64,000 nucleotides of DNA from Camelus ferus. Taxonomy: Eukaryota. The stretch lies in the NCBI RefSeq assembly GCF_009834535.1, contig NC_045697.1, positions 35,218,001-35,282,000 on the forward strand, in the 5' to 3' direction. Both the position numbers and the translations under genes were made by a program. The notes beneath the pieces are model-generated. The model made no database searches and was not told the origin of the DNA. It saw only the letters and a program-made list of their open reading frames with translations. This document shows positions 49,818-62,424 of the stretch, in pieces (the stretch's first letter is position 1; every line of letters begins with the position of its first letter).

Positions 49818-51824
49818 GTATGATAGTCTAGTCTGAATCACTTTGCTCTTTAGGATTGGAAACTGTAGCATTAGTTAAAATCTTTAATTATACTAACATG
49901 TGATTTAATGCCTTAGGCAATTAACCAAAATAACATTTAAGAGAATAGCTACTTAACAGTTATCAATTCTTCCTTTTTTAAAGGGTTCCAAAGGCCATTT
50001 TGTGTTAGAAAAAAATAATGAAGTCCAAATAGTAGTATGAATTAAGACAGACAAATTTTGTAATACAGTGTAGAAATTATGCAAGCATTTGACTGTTATT
50101 TCCTTTTAAGAAGCCACCTTGGGAATTAATGTCATTTTTTAAATGATGCATCTGTTGCATAAAACCAGGTCTGGTGACCTAGGGTTGATAATTGGGCTGT
50201 AATGCCACTTTTGGCAGAACCACAGAATCATGACTGAGTAATAAAATGATTTTCTTATATGTCTGTGGAATTGAGATAGAGTTATATGCCTTACAAATCA
50301 GCTTTATGGCATTTCCAAAAAGGGAGTTTGACTTTTTTTTTAACAGTACTTTCCCTCTATAATTAATTATAGGTTTTAAAAGTACAGTTTCTTTTAAGTC
50401 CTTTTGGAGCAGCTTCGCATTACCCAAAGCAAGTTTTCTGACGCAGCAGTTCACCTCTAATGAAAGAGGGCATTTTGAATGGGGGTTCGTTGCTATTTCA
50501 GTACAGAATTTTTATGATGTGTTTTTTGAGGAATTTTTGAAGATGTGTCATTGTTTCAAGGTTTTCTATTTACTACTTTAAAAATTTGAGGAAGGAATAG
50601 GTCCTTGGTACCTTCTTGAGAGTTGTTATGCCACAGAGAATGCAAAAATACAAAAATCCTTAGTATTTTTTATTATGATTATTCTTTTAGAGCCAATTTT
50701 ATTTCTGATCGTTAATGGTTATTTCATTTAGAATTCTGTTTTATAACACTCATCCATCTCTGTCCTATTATTGATGTAAAAAAATCTAGCTTTAAAATAG
50801 ATTTGTGATCAGTACTTGTTAATGTTTGTCATAAGAAATTTAGTGTAAACCTTATGTATTCAGTGGCCATGACTCTGTAACATGTAAAGACTTACCAGTA
50901 CTCTGTTCTGCTAATCAATTTGAGGATTTAGACTGTAAGCTCCATGAGAGCAGGCAGTAGTAGCTTTCTCATTTTGTAATCTTTTCAATTATATATCTGC
51001 ATAGCATAGTACCATGATTTAATATGTCAGAAATTGCATGTTTTGGTTGGGCCTCCTATAGTAATAAAGGTTAAGAAAAGGGAATATGATAGATGTGTGG
51101 CATTTGCTGGATTTGGACATTTGTGGTTTTGGCTGTGAACAGGCTTCAAGTTCTTTTATGTGACACAGTAATCCAAAAGAATTTTTTTCTTTGTGAAAAG
51201 CTTTTTGTGTGTGTTTGTGTGCTTATAAAGAAAAAACCAGTTATGAAACAGTTTCAGTGATTTTGTAGAATGTTCTGTTCTAGAATCTAGACAGAAATTT
51301 GACAGTACAATGTAGATTTACTGGGTCAGAAAGTGTCAAAGTTTCCAGCTTTAGTTTATGTGGATTGTATTTGTTTTTTATCTAATTAGAAAGTACGGGA
51401 GGAATTTTCAGTTAGCTGTCAGAGCAGTGATGTCACCACACATCATGTAGCTTCATGAAAATTGCCTTCTACTCATAAGGGAAGGAAAAGCAAGGGGAAA
51501 AGGCAAGGTATGAGGGGAAAGGGTATGTAATGTCTCACTGTAACAATGGGGTAGTTTTGACTTCAGAGACTCACTGAAAGAGTCTTGGGGAAGGGGTCCC
51601 CCAGTCATACTTTGATAACTGCTGCTTTACGTTGTTACCTTCTGAAGAGCTGTGATTCGCAAGGCTACGTAGAAGAGAGGCTAAGAAGTAAAATAGAGAA
51701 GACAGAAGAGCATGTTTCAAAATACAATTTTATGTAGAATGCAAGAATATTGGAAAATATTTCCTCCTTGTACTAGTATTAACAGCTCATGGGAGAGAAG
51801 GTTAATCAGAATCTGAAGACTTGA

Positions 51825-51960
51825 AGGGGAAGATACCGCTCAGTGGTAGAGGGTGTGCCTAACACGCATAAGGCCCTGGGTTCAATTCTCAGTACCTCCA
51901 TTTAAAAATAAATAAATAAACCTATACCTTTCCCAACAACAAAAATATCTTGAAAAACCC
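51825..51960 (+). mobile_element. Camelid Vic-1-like SINE
   Basis: gctcagtggtagag..ctgggttcaattctcagtacctcc; perfect 16-bp TSD gaatctgaagacttga at 51809-51824 and 51961-51976. Confidence 0.92.
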
Positions 51961-52361
51961 GAATCTGAAGACTTGACCATTACTAATGCAATTTTTGTGT
52001 GTGTGTGAAAAACAACATTTGAATGTTTATTATTGTTGTTACTTTTCATTTGCTGCTAACTTTTTTGTATGTGCTATAAATATATACCACGCTTACTTAG
52101 TTGGTATGATAAAGTTGTAAAGGCACCCAGGCTTTGGACCTAAACAGACCTTTGTTCAGACTTCAGTTCTACCTGTTCCATTAGGCTTGTACCTTGGGCA
52201 AGTTACTAATCTGTTTTCCTTAGAATGGGGGTCATTTGACTCTCATGTGCACTTATCAAATGAGAGAGAAACATAACTTTAAACCGTAATAGTAGCAAAC
52301 AAAATAGTGCCTTTTACTTATTACTATTTGGAATCATCAACTATTTGTGCTTTTTTCCTAG

Positions 52362-52399
52362 TCAAAGTAAACAAATATGGAGATACTTGGGATGAGTGA
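52362..52399 (+). CDS. OCIAD1: OCIAD1 exon 9, last coding part
   Basis: VKVNKYGDTWDE*. The joined CDS is 744 nt (247 aa) with all phases consistent. Confidence 0.96.
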
Positions 52400-52873
52400 A
52401 AAATTGCATCATTGGACCTACTGAAGGAGTTTCACTGTCCAGCTTCATCTAGGTGGTCGTGAACATCTGCATGCTTTGAGCTCAGCAGCAGTCTTCATAA
52501 ACACATTTAAACTAGAACCTGAGTTTTTGTGGTTTGGCTTATTAAAATGATGTTTTAAAAACAGATTTCAATGTTAACATTGTGTGAATATTCATTTTGG
52601 GGAACTCTTTGAATGATGGTATTAGGCCATGATTGTACACAGTTGGGTTTCAGGGCAAGGATACTGCTTCAATGAAAACAGGATACTCTGTTATTAAAGT
52701 ATCAAGAGAGTGTAATGCTCTAGAATCACCATATATGGGAGTAAATGATACCTGCATGTTCACTTGGGGTGGGTGGGGGGAGCGAGCATAATTTTAAGTG
52801 TGAAACTTTACATCAAAAATAATTAAAAAGGCTTTCTCCAGTGTTTGCTGTATTCTCTTAAATGTTTATGGTA

Positions 52874-52879
52874 AATAAA
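52874..52879 (+). terminator. OCIAD1: Probable OCIAD1 polyadenylation signal (further AATAAA at 53025, 53040, 53097)
   Basis: First AATAAA after the stop, followed ~25-45 nt later by GT/T-rich sequence. Confidence 0.65.
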
Positions 52880-53227
52880 ATTTAAAGGAACATGCATCTT
52901 CGTTGATTTTGTCATTTTATTGTTTGCAATATTTAAGTACAATTACAAGTAAGTGGTGTTTTGTAGGGATTAGGAAAGGCACACGTCTCTGAATATTTAA
53001 TAATTATATGAATGTGACTCGGTAAATAAATCCACATACAATAAATAGCTCAATCCCTTAAAAAAGCAGTGCTGAAAAGTTTGCAAATTCCAGGGGAATA
53101 AAAATTTGGTATACTTTATTCATTATTGACCTAATGTATGTTTCTGATTCAGGTGAATGGAAAATGAAATTGTGTTCTCATCTAAACTATACTTACTCAT
53201 TACATTTCTACCAGAAATTAGCTCGGT

Positions 53228-55040
53228 TGTTTCAGTTAGCTACTGCTGCAGAAGATCATCCACAAACTTTGTGGCCTGAAACAACAATCATTTATTATCT
53301 CGGTGTTCTTAATGCATCAGGAATTAAGGAAGGATTCCGCTGAGTGATTTGGCTCTAGGTCTCTTGGGTCTGAAGTCAGATACTGGGTGGAACTAAGACA
53401 GCAGGGAGCTAGGCTGGGGCCTGGACAGGGCCTCTCCACTTAGTGTTAGGACCTTGCCATGTCTCCTACGATTAGCGATGTGCCCAGAGCCATCAGACTG
53501 TTTACAGGACCACTTAGGGCTCTAGCATGAGTCCAGCAAGCATGTCAAAAGCTGTATTGCCTTTATAACCTCGCCTCAGAAGTTGTGTAGCATCATTTCT
53601 TCATAAGCCTACCTATCAAAGGGTGGGAGTGTAGACGCCCCACAGAGTCACATTTTTAAAAGAACACATGGGATGGAAGGCACTGAGCTGTCTTTTCAGT
53701 CTGCCATTTGACCATAGTGATTGGCACCATTCCCACGTGCAAAATAAACTCATACTTTTCCCAGGACCTTCAGTTCGTAATCCATTATAAGAGCTCTAAG
53801 TCTAGGAGCTCATCATCTAACCAGGTCCAGTTGTGGATGAGATGTTTGGGTGAAGGTCCTTTAGTACCATTCCTCTCAGCCTGAAGACCTATGAATTTAG
53901 AAGTAATCATCCCTGTTCATCTCAAATTCTAATTAGGCAAAACATTACTTCTTTAGACTTTCACATTCAAAAGTGGGGGTGGGGAAAATGAGAGGCATGC
54001 AACAGTCACCTGCCCATAGCAATTCTGAAGTCCAGCCAGCCTCATTCTCTTTGACTAGGAGTGAGGCATAACTCCCCAGGGGTTATTCTTCAGGGCTCTT
54101 GGGCCTGCCCTCTGAGTCCTCCCATAAAGGTAGCTCGTGTTTGCCACTGAGTAGTGTTCTCAGCCTGCTTCCTGCCCATAGGAATTAGGGATCCCAAGGC
54201 CTCTTTTTATACAGTCCATCTCTAAACTGATAGAATTTTCTAAACCCGTGGAATTTTGTTTTTTCAGAACCTGTGGAGTTTTAATGTATCAACTTACAGT
54301 CCATTATGCAAAAGCCTCCCATAAATCTACTAGAAATAGTCTCTTTTCTAAGTGGTGCATCCTGTAAGGCTGATAAACAACATCCCTAAGATTCTGGGAA
54401 GCCTTGGGTAGGGTCCACGAAGTTATGCCTTTAAGACACGTAGAAGGCCATTTGTGTCTGAAGTGTCCTGAGGCACTCGGGCTTCTGAAGTCCAGAACAA
54501 AAAATTCTAGTGCCCAGCTCTGGATTCGATCTTTGCCTGGAAGCCACTTCTGAATCTGAGAACTTCTTTCCTGGCTTAAAAAGACTCTCCTGAGCTTTTA
54601 TATTTTCTCCAAATCACTTTTGAAAATGGAATAATTTGTTCTTTATAGTATGTTTCTTCTCTCTCATTTTACTTTAGACAGCTAGAAAATGCCAGATAGC
54701 ATCTTCAACACTGCCCAGAAATCTTAACTAGATCAAGTTTATGAGGTACATCTTCCATTTTTCCATTTTACCACAGGTAACAGTTTCACTAAACTTTACT
54801 GCCCAATCAGGGTCTCCTCCAGCTTTCAGTAACATTTTCCTCTCTCTCTCGTTATCCCTCCTTGACAGCCTCCTTGGAAGCTCTTTAGGCTTCTGATAAT
54901 GCTCTCATCCAGGCCCTTTAGGTTTTCCCTAACAAACTCCTCAAGGTCCTGCCAACATCCACCTGCCACTTTTTCCCAAAACCAATGCTACACGCTTTAG
55001 GTTTTTGTTACGGCAGCCCCCCACTTCCAGCTACCCGGTG
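53228..55040 (-). mobile_element. MaLR element: MLT1H-like LTR plus internal sequence
   Basis: tgtttcagttagctactgctgca..ccacaaactttgtggcctgaaacaacaa LTR; internal end ttaggtttttgttacggcagccccccacttcca. Confidence 0.65.
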
Positions 55041-55926
55041 TCTGTATTAAGAGTTTGATGGAAAAATAGAATTGCTCTGAATGATATAGAGTAAGGGATT
55101 TATTATAGGGATTCGATTTGAGGCAGTTGTGGAACTGATGGCTCAGTGTGCAGATACTGAAGGTACTGCAAAAATGAAGCCAGGTCACCTGTGAGTGGTA
55201 GAGCCTGGATCTCAGCACAGGGCCTGATACGGAGCCACTCTTGTTACCAGTTCAAGTGCCTGAATGAAGAAGCAGGTTAATCCTGTTGTCCTCTGAACTG
55301 GTCGTCATCATATATAGGTAGGGAGAGAGAGACATCAGAAATTCTGGAAATTCTGGTCTATTTTGGTAAACAAATCAGACATAAAAGGATTTTTCTACTA
55401 TTTTTAAAATTGTGAAATGTGTACTTCATGCAGAATATAGCTTAACTCTAGCAATAACTTTTGAATCCCAGGATCATACAGAAGAAAAATTTAGAAACAA
55501 ATGGTCACCTTAGCTAATAGTGGGTGGAAAACTTGAGTAATGTCTCAAAATATATAACAGCTTGATAGAATCCTTTCTTGTCATCCATTTGTATGTAACT
55601 TAAAACAGGAACACACTTCCAAGCATGACTGGAGTGCCACAGAATGCATGGGATTAAAAGAAATCATTTTGATGTTTTCTGGTTGGATAAAGATCATCCT
55701 TATTCTCATTAATGCCATTCTCCACTGTTAAGAGCATGTTACAACATTGTTTAGAGAAGGTACAAATGTGTGACAAGGCTTGTTGATTTCAGATATCAAG
55801 TTTGTCTCTTCTTACAAGTACATCCAGGGATAAAGTAGGTAAATGATACATTTTAAATTCCATTAACCAAATGTGAAATAATGGAATCTTTTCCATTTTC
55901 TTCATTCTTGAACATCAGTCCATGTT

Positions 55927-56036
55927 GTGTGTGTGTGTGTGTATAATTTTTTTTGTTTAATGGAAATACTGGGGATTGAATCCAGGACCTTAGGCATGCT
56001 AAGCGTGTGCTCCACCACTGAGCTATTTCCCATCCC
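55927..56036 (-). mobile_element. Camelid Vic-1-like SINE with (CA)n tail
   Basis: tactggggattgaatccaggaccttaggcatgctaagcgtgtgctccaccactgagcta. Confidence 0.85.
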
Positions 56037-57263
56037 ACCCCACCGAGGTTTTTTTTTTTTAAATATATCATTAAAGTACTGCTTTTATAAACTACTGACC
56101 ACCTTGGGGATGAGTGCTGGTAACCGCTAAATGCTAACAAATTCGGCTCCTTTAACACATCTTCTTGCAAAAACAGACATTCTCCCTCAGATACTTGCTT
56201 CCTAATATGTACAACAGATAATGCAGCAAAAATATTCAAGATTTCTTGGATGACCTTCCAATTTTTTTTTCTTTATTGATTTCCTTTAACAGTAAGATCA
56301 CTGTGATAAACTGCTTCAATGAAAAGCTAATCCACTTAGGAAAATCAAGAGCCCAAACCATAAGCCCAACTGGAATTTAAAGGACTATGAAGATGTCAGC
56401 AGCAAAAGCAATGTTCCTTTTCAACAATAATGGATTCACCTTTTCCCACTGCCCTGAGGCTGATTTTAACATTGACCTGCTGTGCTTAGCAATGTGAAAA
56501 TGTTCTGATCCCTGGGAAATCATTTTCTGGGACGCAGGAAATAAATGTGCCCAATTCTGAATTTTCACCAGTAGCTGAGATAACAAAGTCACCAATTGCT
56601 AGTTGTCAGAGCCAGGAGTTAAAGTGCATCCAAGAAGCTAAGATATTGGCTCTGTGTTCTGATTTACAGAAATAGAACTTTATCAATGGAAAAACCGGGT
56701 TGTGTAATATAAAAAAAGACCTTGTCAAAGTCACCCCATTTTATACACTTAATGTTCATGTAAAAATAAAAACTTCCAAATATTTTTGATGTAGAACATA
56801 AAATTTTATCTATCAAGCATTAACCTATGATGAGATTCCCTTTTTCACCTCCATGGTACAGGTTTCAAGATGTATTAAGTAAAATGCAACTGTGAACACA
56901 CACCACACACACTATATATATATAAAATGGTGATACATATGCATATTTTCCTGAGAAAATGCAAAGATATGAGAAGTTTTCATGGAAGGCTCAGACAACC
57001 TGCTGTAAAACAAAAGGTCCCCGGGGGAAGAGTTTGTTTTCATGCAAAAAAACCTGGCAGGAGAATAGGAATTCAATGCTTGGAGTTGGGTTGGCTAGCC
57101 TCTGAGCTCCCTCAAAGCCCTGAAGTTTATCATTCCATGAATTAATTCTGGTGATTCCTCTCAGAAATATGTAAACTGTTTCTCGGGAGAAGGAGGGACA
57201 TTTTGGGAAGTTGTGTTTATTCTTTCAGGCCACTAGCAGTATAAAAAAGAACACAGTTATGGG

Positions 57264-57388
57264 TTTTAATTGGGGGGGCAGTAATTAGGTTTGTTTATTT
57301 AATATTTTTTAATGGAGGTACTGGGGATTGAACCCAGGACCTCATGCATGCTAGACGTACATTCTACCACTGAGCTATACTCTCCTCA
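57264..57388 (-). mobile_element. Camelid Vic-1-like SINE
   Basis: gtaattaggttt..aatggaggtactggggattgaacccaggacctcatgcatgctag..ccactgagctatac. Confidence 0.88.
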
Positions 57389-58061
57389 CTAAGGACCCAG
57401 CTCTTGAGTGCTGACCATCAGTACTACGCATTAGGTAAGTAAGTAACCCAAAGACAACAGACTTTTCCAAAACCTTATCATACCGATGAGACATAAAGTC
57501 ACTTAGGTCACCAAAAGGACAGCTGATTCATATTGTGACTCTACCAAATGAAATGTTTTTCATTAAGTTAAAAAATCTTGGCCCCCCATATTTTAAAAAG
57601 GACTTCCCATAGACACAATCTTTCTTGCCCTGTATTTCTATCTGTACAAACTGGTTTTCTCTGGGGCAGGACTTTTCAAATTTCTCAACTCATTCCTGTC
57701 CTCTGTTAGAGATCTTAAAAGCCTGAACAAAAGCAGAGTCAAAGAATGGATGCGGTCGAATGAGAGACATCTCTAAATTCTTTTAATTAGCTGTAAGCAA
57801 GTGAGAGTGCGACATTCTTTCTTTTAGAGTGCTACGTTCTTTCTTTTGGTGTATGAATGCTCCCAACATGATCTTAAGCAGCAGAAAAACATGTAGTGCT
57901 CAAGTCAATTGAGAATTAACACTGAAAGCATTTCAACAGAGTGAGAAAAATCACCATGTAACTATTCCACTATAAGTATGTTATTTTAAAGCACACTTGA
58001 AAATTTAAATGCGTACAAATTCAGAGGTTTTTAGAAACTTCAAAAGCCACAGTCACAGAGT

Positions 58062-58143
58062 TTAGGAAGCCGAAGGTTGTGAACGTCCCTCCTCACTTAA
58101 TCCATGCTTTATTTTGCATTCCTCACAGGTAAGTAGGCAGTGC
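58062..58143 (-). CDS. OCIAD2: OCIAD2 last coding exon
   Basis: HCLLTCEECKIKHGLSEEGRSQPSAS*; acceptor ttctag (plus ct at 58144-58145); TAA at 58062-58064. Confidence 0.95.
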
Positions 58144-58220
58144 CTAGAACAGAAGCAAAAATGGTGGTTTGCACTTTGACATTGGAAGCTCTAGTCTGAA
58201 CACAATATTATTTAGAGGTA

Positions 58221-58445
58221 TTTTCTTTCTTCTCCTTCCCCTTCCCCCTCCCCCTGCCCCTCCCCCCTCCTTTCTTCTTCTTCTTCTTCTCCTTCTCCTC
58301 CTTCTTATTCTTCCCTCCCCCTCCTCCTCCTCCTCCTCCTTCTTCTTCTTATTTTTTTTTGTCACCAGAGGTGCTGGGGATTGAATCCACGACCTCTTGC
58401 ACAATAAGCATGTGCTTTACCACGGAGCTACACCCTCCACCCCCT
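58221..58445 (-). mobile_element. Vic-1-like SINE with expanded GA-rich microsatellite tail
   Basis: SINE head ~58361-58445; (CTT/CCT)n low-complexity 58221-58360; tattttct flanking repeat. Confidence 0.85.
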
Positions 58446-59273
58446 CGGAATATTTTCTAACCTAAAGTTCTCAAGCCTAATTTTTTTCAAGAATAATAGG
58501 AGTTGTTTCTTGGTTTCAGACTCCTTGAATTTCATCCACAGAAAGGCTAACAGTACTCTTTCCGTCCCATGTTGTTTTCACCATGTCGTACTGACTCTCA
58601 AACATAGTCCACTGTGACAAGTGAGGGATCTTTACAGAAATGTGTCCCCAGCACTAGTTCTGTAATACCATGGTAGAAATAGCTACTATTTACAGAGCAC
58701 TGACTGTCATAGACAATCATTTCTATTCCTTATAATATCCCATGAAAACAATTCTGATCACCATTTTACACAGATGGGAAAACTGAAGATTTGAGAGTTT
58801 AAGAAACTTGTCCAAGGTCACACAAGTGCTAGAACTGCTTTTGAACCCAGGGACTCTAACAGCAGAGGTAATGCTGCTAATTCCAGAGTCCTACTGCTTG
58901 CACCCCTAATGAGAATCACAATTTACATTAATATAGTAAAGGCTCTGAGAAGTCCTGCAGTAAAGAACCCTGTTTAAATTTATATAATCCCGTGATGGTA
59001 GAAGCTGTGTCTGCTGACTAAGGCATTCTATAGACTTGCACAATGCCTTGAACATAGTTGGTACTCACTAAATGTTAACTAAGCAAATGAAATAAGTAAT
59101 TCAGTTAAATCATAAATAATTATTATTGAGGTTCAACAGCAACAACTCAAACTTTGAGTCTTTTTTCAATATATGAATATTACAAACTGTTTAATATTAT
59201 AAATAGTAAATGATCTTTCATTTCCTTTTCAATAATTATCTTTAACAATCCCTCAATCAAACAGAGTACCAAC

Positions 59274-59391
59274 CTGTTATGCCCTGGACCAAAACCAGCC
59301 CCACGCAGCTGATCTTCAAAGACATGGAATTTACTCTGGCATACTCTTATGTATGATGCCTTTCCAAGGCCAAATCCCAAGATACCAGCAA
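59274..59391 (-). CDS. OCIAD2: OCIAD2 coding exon
   Basis: LAGILGFGLGKASYIRVCQSKFHVFEDQLRGAGFGPGHNR; ttttacag acceptor, GTTGGT donor; 118 nt. Confidence 0.95.
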
Positions 59392-59434
59392 CTGTAAAAG
59401 CAGGTCGGGAAAGATAAATAATTTAAAGGTTTGG

Positions 59435-59549
59435 GAAAAAAATGTGACAATGAATATATGTATGTTCACGTATAACTGAAAAATTGTGCTCTAAACTGGA
59501 ATTTGACACAACACTGTAAAATGACTATAACTCAATAAAAAGATGTTAA
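59435..59549 (+). mobile_element. Young 5'-truncated L1 3' end
   Basis: gtataactgaaaaattgtgctct..gacacaacactgtaaaatgactataactcaataaaaa; perfect 19-bp TSD aaataatttaaaggtttgg at 59416-59434 and 59550-59568. Confidence 0.9.
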
Positions 59550-60499
59550 AAATAATTTAAAGGTTTGGAATTGCCTCTATTAATTACCTTCTGGAAGTTT
59601 CTTTATTAAAAGTGGTAATTTTTATATCAGAAGTACCTTGATAAATCAATGAACAAAAACTATGGGGAAGAAGCTATTAAAGAGCAAGCTTGGGAACTGC
59701 AGACTTTTTGATGTCCTGAGTTTTGAACTTGAGGTAGGAGGGCCAGGACAGAGCAAGTAAAGGTGATGTCCCAGAGACGGGCAGCCAGAGGGAGGCCCAC
59801 TGGCCAACAAATCTCTGAAGCCACCACGGGAGGGAGAGGTAGGACGTGGGTTGTGGCTATAGGCAGCCTCCAAACCACTGGGTGGGAGAGACTCTTAATT
59901 CTCTGGATTGGCATATGGGGAGCTGCAGTCCCTCTTGCCTGTAGGGGACAGAGGTCGCAAGGCAGAGGGAACCACCTACAGGAGAAATCTCTAGCCTGCT
60001 CTTCCTGCTGGGAATGAAGTTTCAGATTATAAACAGGAAAGCATCCTCTGTGTACATGCGAGGTCTGTTATAATCAGTGCAAGAAGATGAAACTTTCAAG
60101 TTTATGGTAAATGTTTAATAGAAAGCCCTCATTAAAAAAAATCATTCATTTATTATGTCCATTACAGAAAATAATTCAAAAAGACTGACCAAAAGAAGAA
60201 AATGAAAACCTCTGCTGGAGCTGTCATTCCGAGGCTCTGCTGCTGAGGTCCTCTCGTATATCCTGCCAGGCCCTCCTAGTCCATGCTTTAAAGAGGACTA
60301 GGGTGACGTCCCTACTGCTCAGCTTTCTATCAGAAAGTGCTGAATGTACTAAAAATTGCAAAGCGGCAAAAAATGGAAACCGATTTTTCAGAGAGTCAAC
60401 ACATGCAATTTGGTTAACCTGGACATTCCCTCTCCAGTTGCCACACACATCTTTTTAAAAAAAGTGAATCTTTTTTTTTTTTTAACTTCTATGACTTAC

Positions 60500-60547
60500 G
60501 TGCGACTTTAGGCAATGATCCAAATCTTGGATTTGCTGCTAAATAAC
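60500..60547 (-). CDS. OCIAD2: OCIAD2 coding exon
   Basis: GYLAANPRFGSLPKVA; ttcttag acceptor, GTAAGT donor; 48 nt. Confidence 0.95.
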
Positions 60548-60769
60548 CTAAGAAATAATATATAAGTACATTATTATTTCATTTTATAACTTAATGAAAT
60601 TTATAAAGAAACTTATTTAAAGGTATCAGGGCCAAGGTGAAGATAATAACTTAGCTCCAAACAATTAGTCATTGCCCCCTTCCCCTTTTAAAGTAACAAC
60701 ACAGAATTTCAATTTAGAGAGTCACAGTATATATAATCACAATTCTAAAATGAAAACATTAACACCTCT

Positions 60770-61421
60770 AGTGGGCAGAATAATGGCCTCCTAAAGATGC
60801 CTCCATCCCAACCCTTGGAAACTGAGTATGTCACGTCACACAACAAAAGAGAATTAGGGTAGAAAATGGAACTAAGGCTGCTAACCAGATGACTAACTAC
60901 TATATATAAAAATAGATAAAAAACAAATTCCTTCTGTATGACACAGGGAACTGTATTCAATATCTTGTAATAACCTTTAATGAAAAAGAATATGAAAACA
61001 AACATATGTATATACGTGTATGACTGGGACATTCTGCTGTACACCAGAAATTGACACACTGTAACTGACTATACTGTAATAAAAATAATAATAAAATAAA
61101 ATAGCGAGATTATCCTGGATTATTTGGGTGGGGCCAATGTAACCACAACGACCCTTGAATGTGAAAGGATTTGGAGACAGAACCAGACAAATGGCAGTAT
61201 AACTCGGCTCAAGTTGCTGGCTTTGCAGACAGAGGAAGGGGCCATGGGCCAAGGAAGGGAAAGGAAGCCCTCGAGCCCCCAGAGAGGAATGCAGCCCTGC
61301 GGACACTTTGATTTCAGCTCAGCGAAACCCATTCTGGACTTCTGACCTCTAGGACAGTAAGCTAATAAATTTATATTGTTTTAAGCCACTACGTTTGTGG
61401 AAATCTGTAGAAGACTAATAC
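60770..61421. mobile_element. MLT1D-like LTR interrupted by an L1 3' end (~60894-61096)
   Basis: ggcagaataatggcctcctaaagatg..ctaaccagatgac | L1 tail (cacagggaactgtattcaatatcttgtaataacc) | aaaatagcgagattatcctggattat..gactaataca. Confidence 0.8.
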
Positions 61422-61770
61422 ACAACCTAGAAAAATGTATTCGCACAGATGCAAGAGATGGTAGATTTTGAGTAATTTAATATTTGTAAAACATAATCCC
61501 TTTAGGTTATAGATAGCATATTTTTTCTGTGTCAAATACATTCTGACAAAGGCTTATTACTGACTGACAAATAAATTTCCACAAAAAGACTATCTTCAAG
61601 TTATCGAAATGAAATCATATTTAATAAATCAACTTTAAGGACAAGAATAATTTGACTGAAATGAGGTTCTAGCTATATAACATACGTGGACTTCGAGATC
61701 CAAAAAAGAACTAAATATCTTCCTTCATGTTTGCTCGGTACAAATACTCTTTAAAATTCTAATAATCAGT

Positions 61771-62000
61771 GGAGGAGGGTATAGCTCAGTGGTAGAGTGT
61801 GCGCTTAGCATGCATGAGGTCCCAGGTTCAATCCTCAGAACCTCCATTAAAATAAATAAGTAAAACCTAATTATCTTCCCCTCAAAAAGCCAAACATAAA
61901 TAAATAAAAAACAAAAATTAAAAAAAACCCGAGATCATTTCCATTTAAAGAATAAATAAACCTCATTACCTCCTCTCCACACACACATACACACAAAAAT
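61771..62000 (+). mobile_element. Vic-1-like SINE with duplicated 3' module
   Basis: ggagggtatagctcagtggtagagtg..ggttcaatcc; the ccatt.aa..aataaa..aacct.att..ct.c module occurs twice. Confidence 0.88.
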
Positions 62001-62424
62001 GTAGTTTAAAAATAGTCCTAGTAATCAGCAGTGTTCAATGTGACAGCCTTCAACAGGGTCAGGTGCCTTGTTGAGAGACTCAGCAGTGCCTGTGCACTCT
62101 CTGGTTAGATGCAGTCTGGTTAGACGGAGTCAGAGAGAAAGAAGAGAGCAAGGAAGGAAGAACAGAGGGGAACACTGGAAAACGCTGAGGCAGGGAGAGG
62201 TCATGTGGGAGATGCAGGGAGGCGGCCAGTCCCCACGATCTATTGCACACGTTAGACAGGGCGCCCTTCCTGATGCAGCCTCTCGTCAGGACAAGCGGCT
62301 TGATGGACAGAGCTTGGGTGGATTCAGCCCCGCTCACCTCCTCCCGGGAGCACCCTTGTGCAGGGAACAATCTAACCATAACAGGGACTCTGGTACAGAG
62401 TCTTGTACTCCTTTCCTGTGGCTG

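Noticed and set aside
58144..58404. ORFs with poly-E/R or poly-L/S runs
   Set aside because: Translation of a microsatellite in a SINE tail.
61771..61845. tRNA-like sequences here and at six other sites
   Set aside because: They are SINE heads with shared AT-rich tails, several with TSDs, not tRNA genes.
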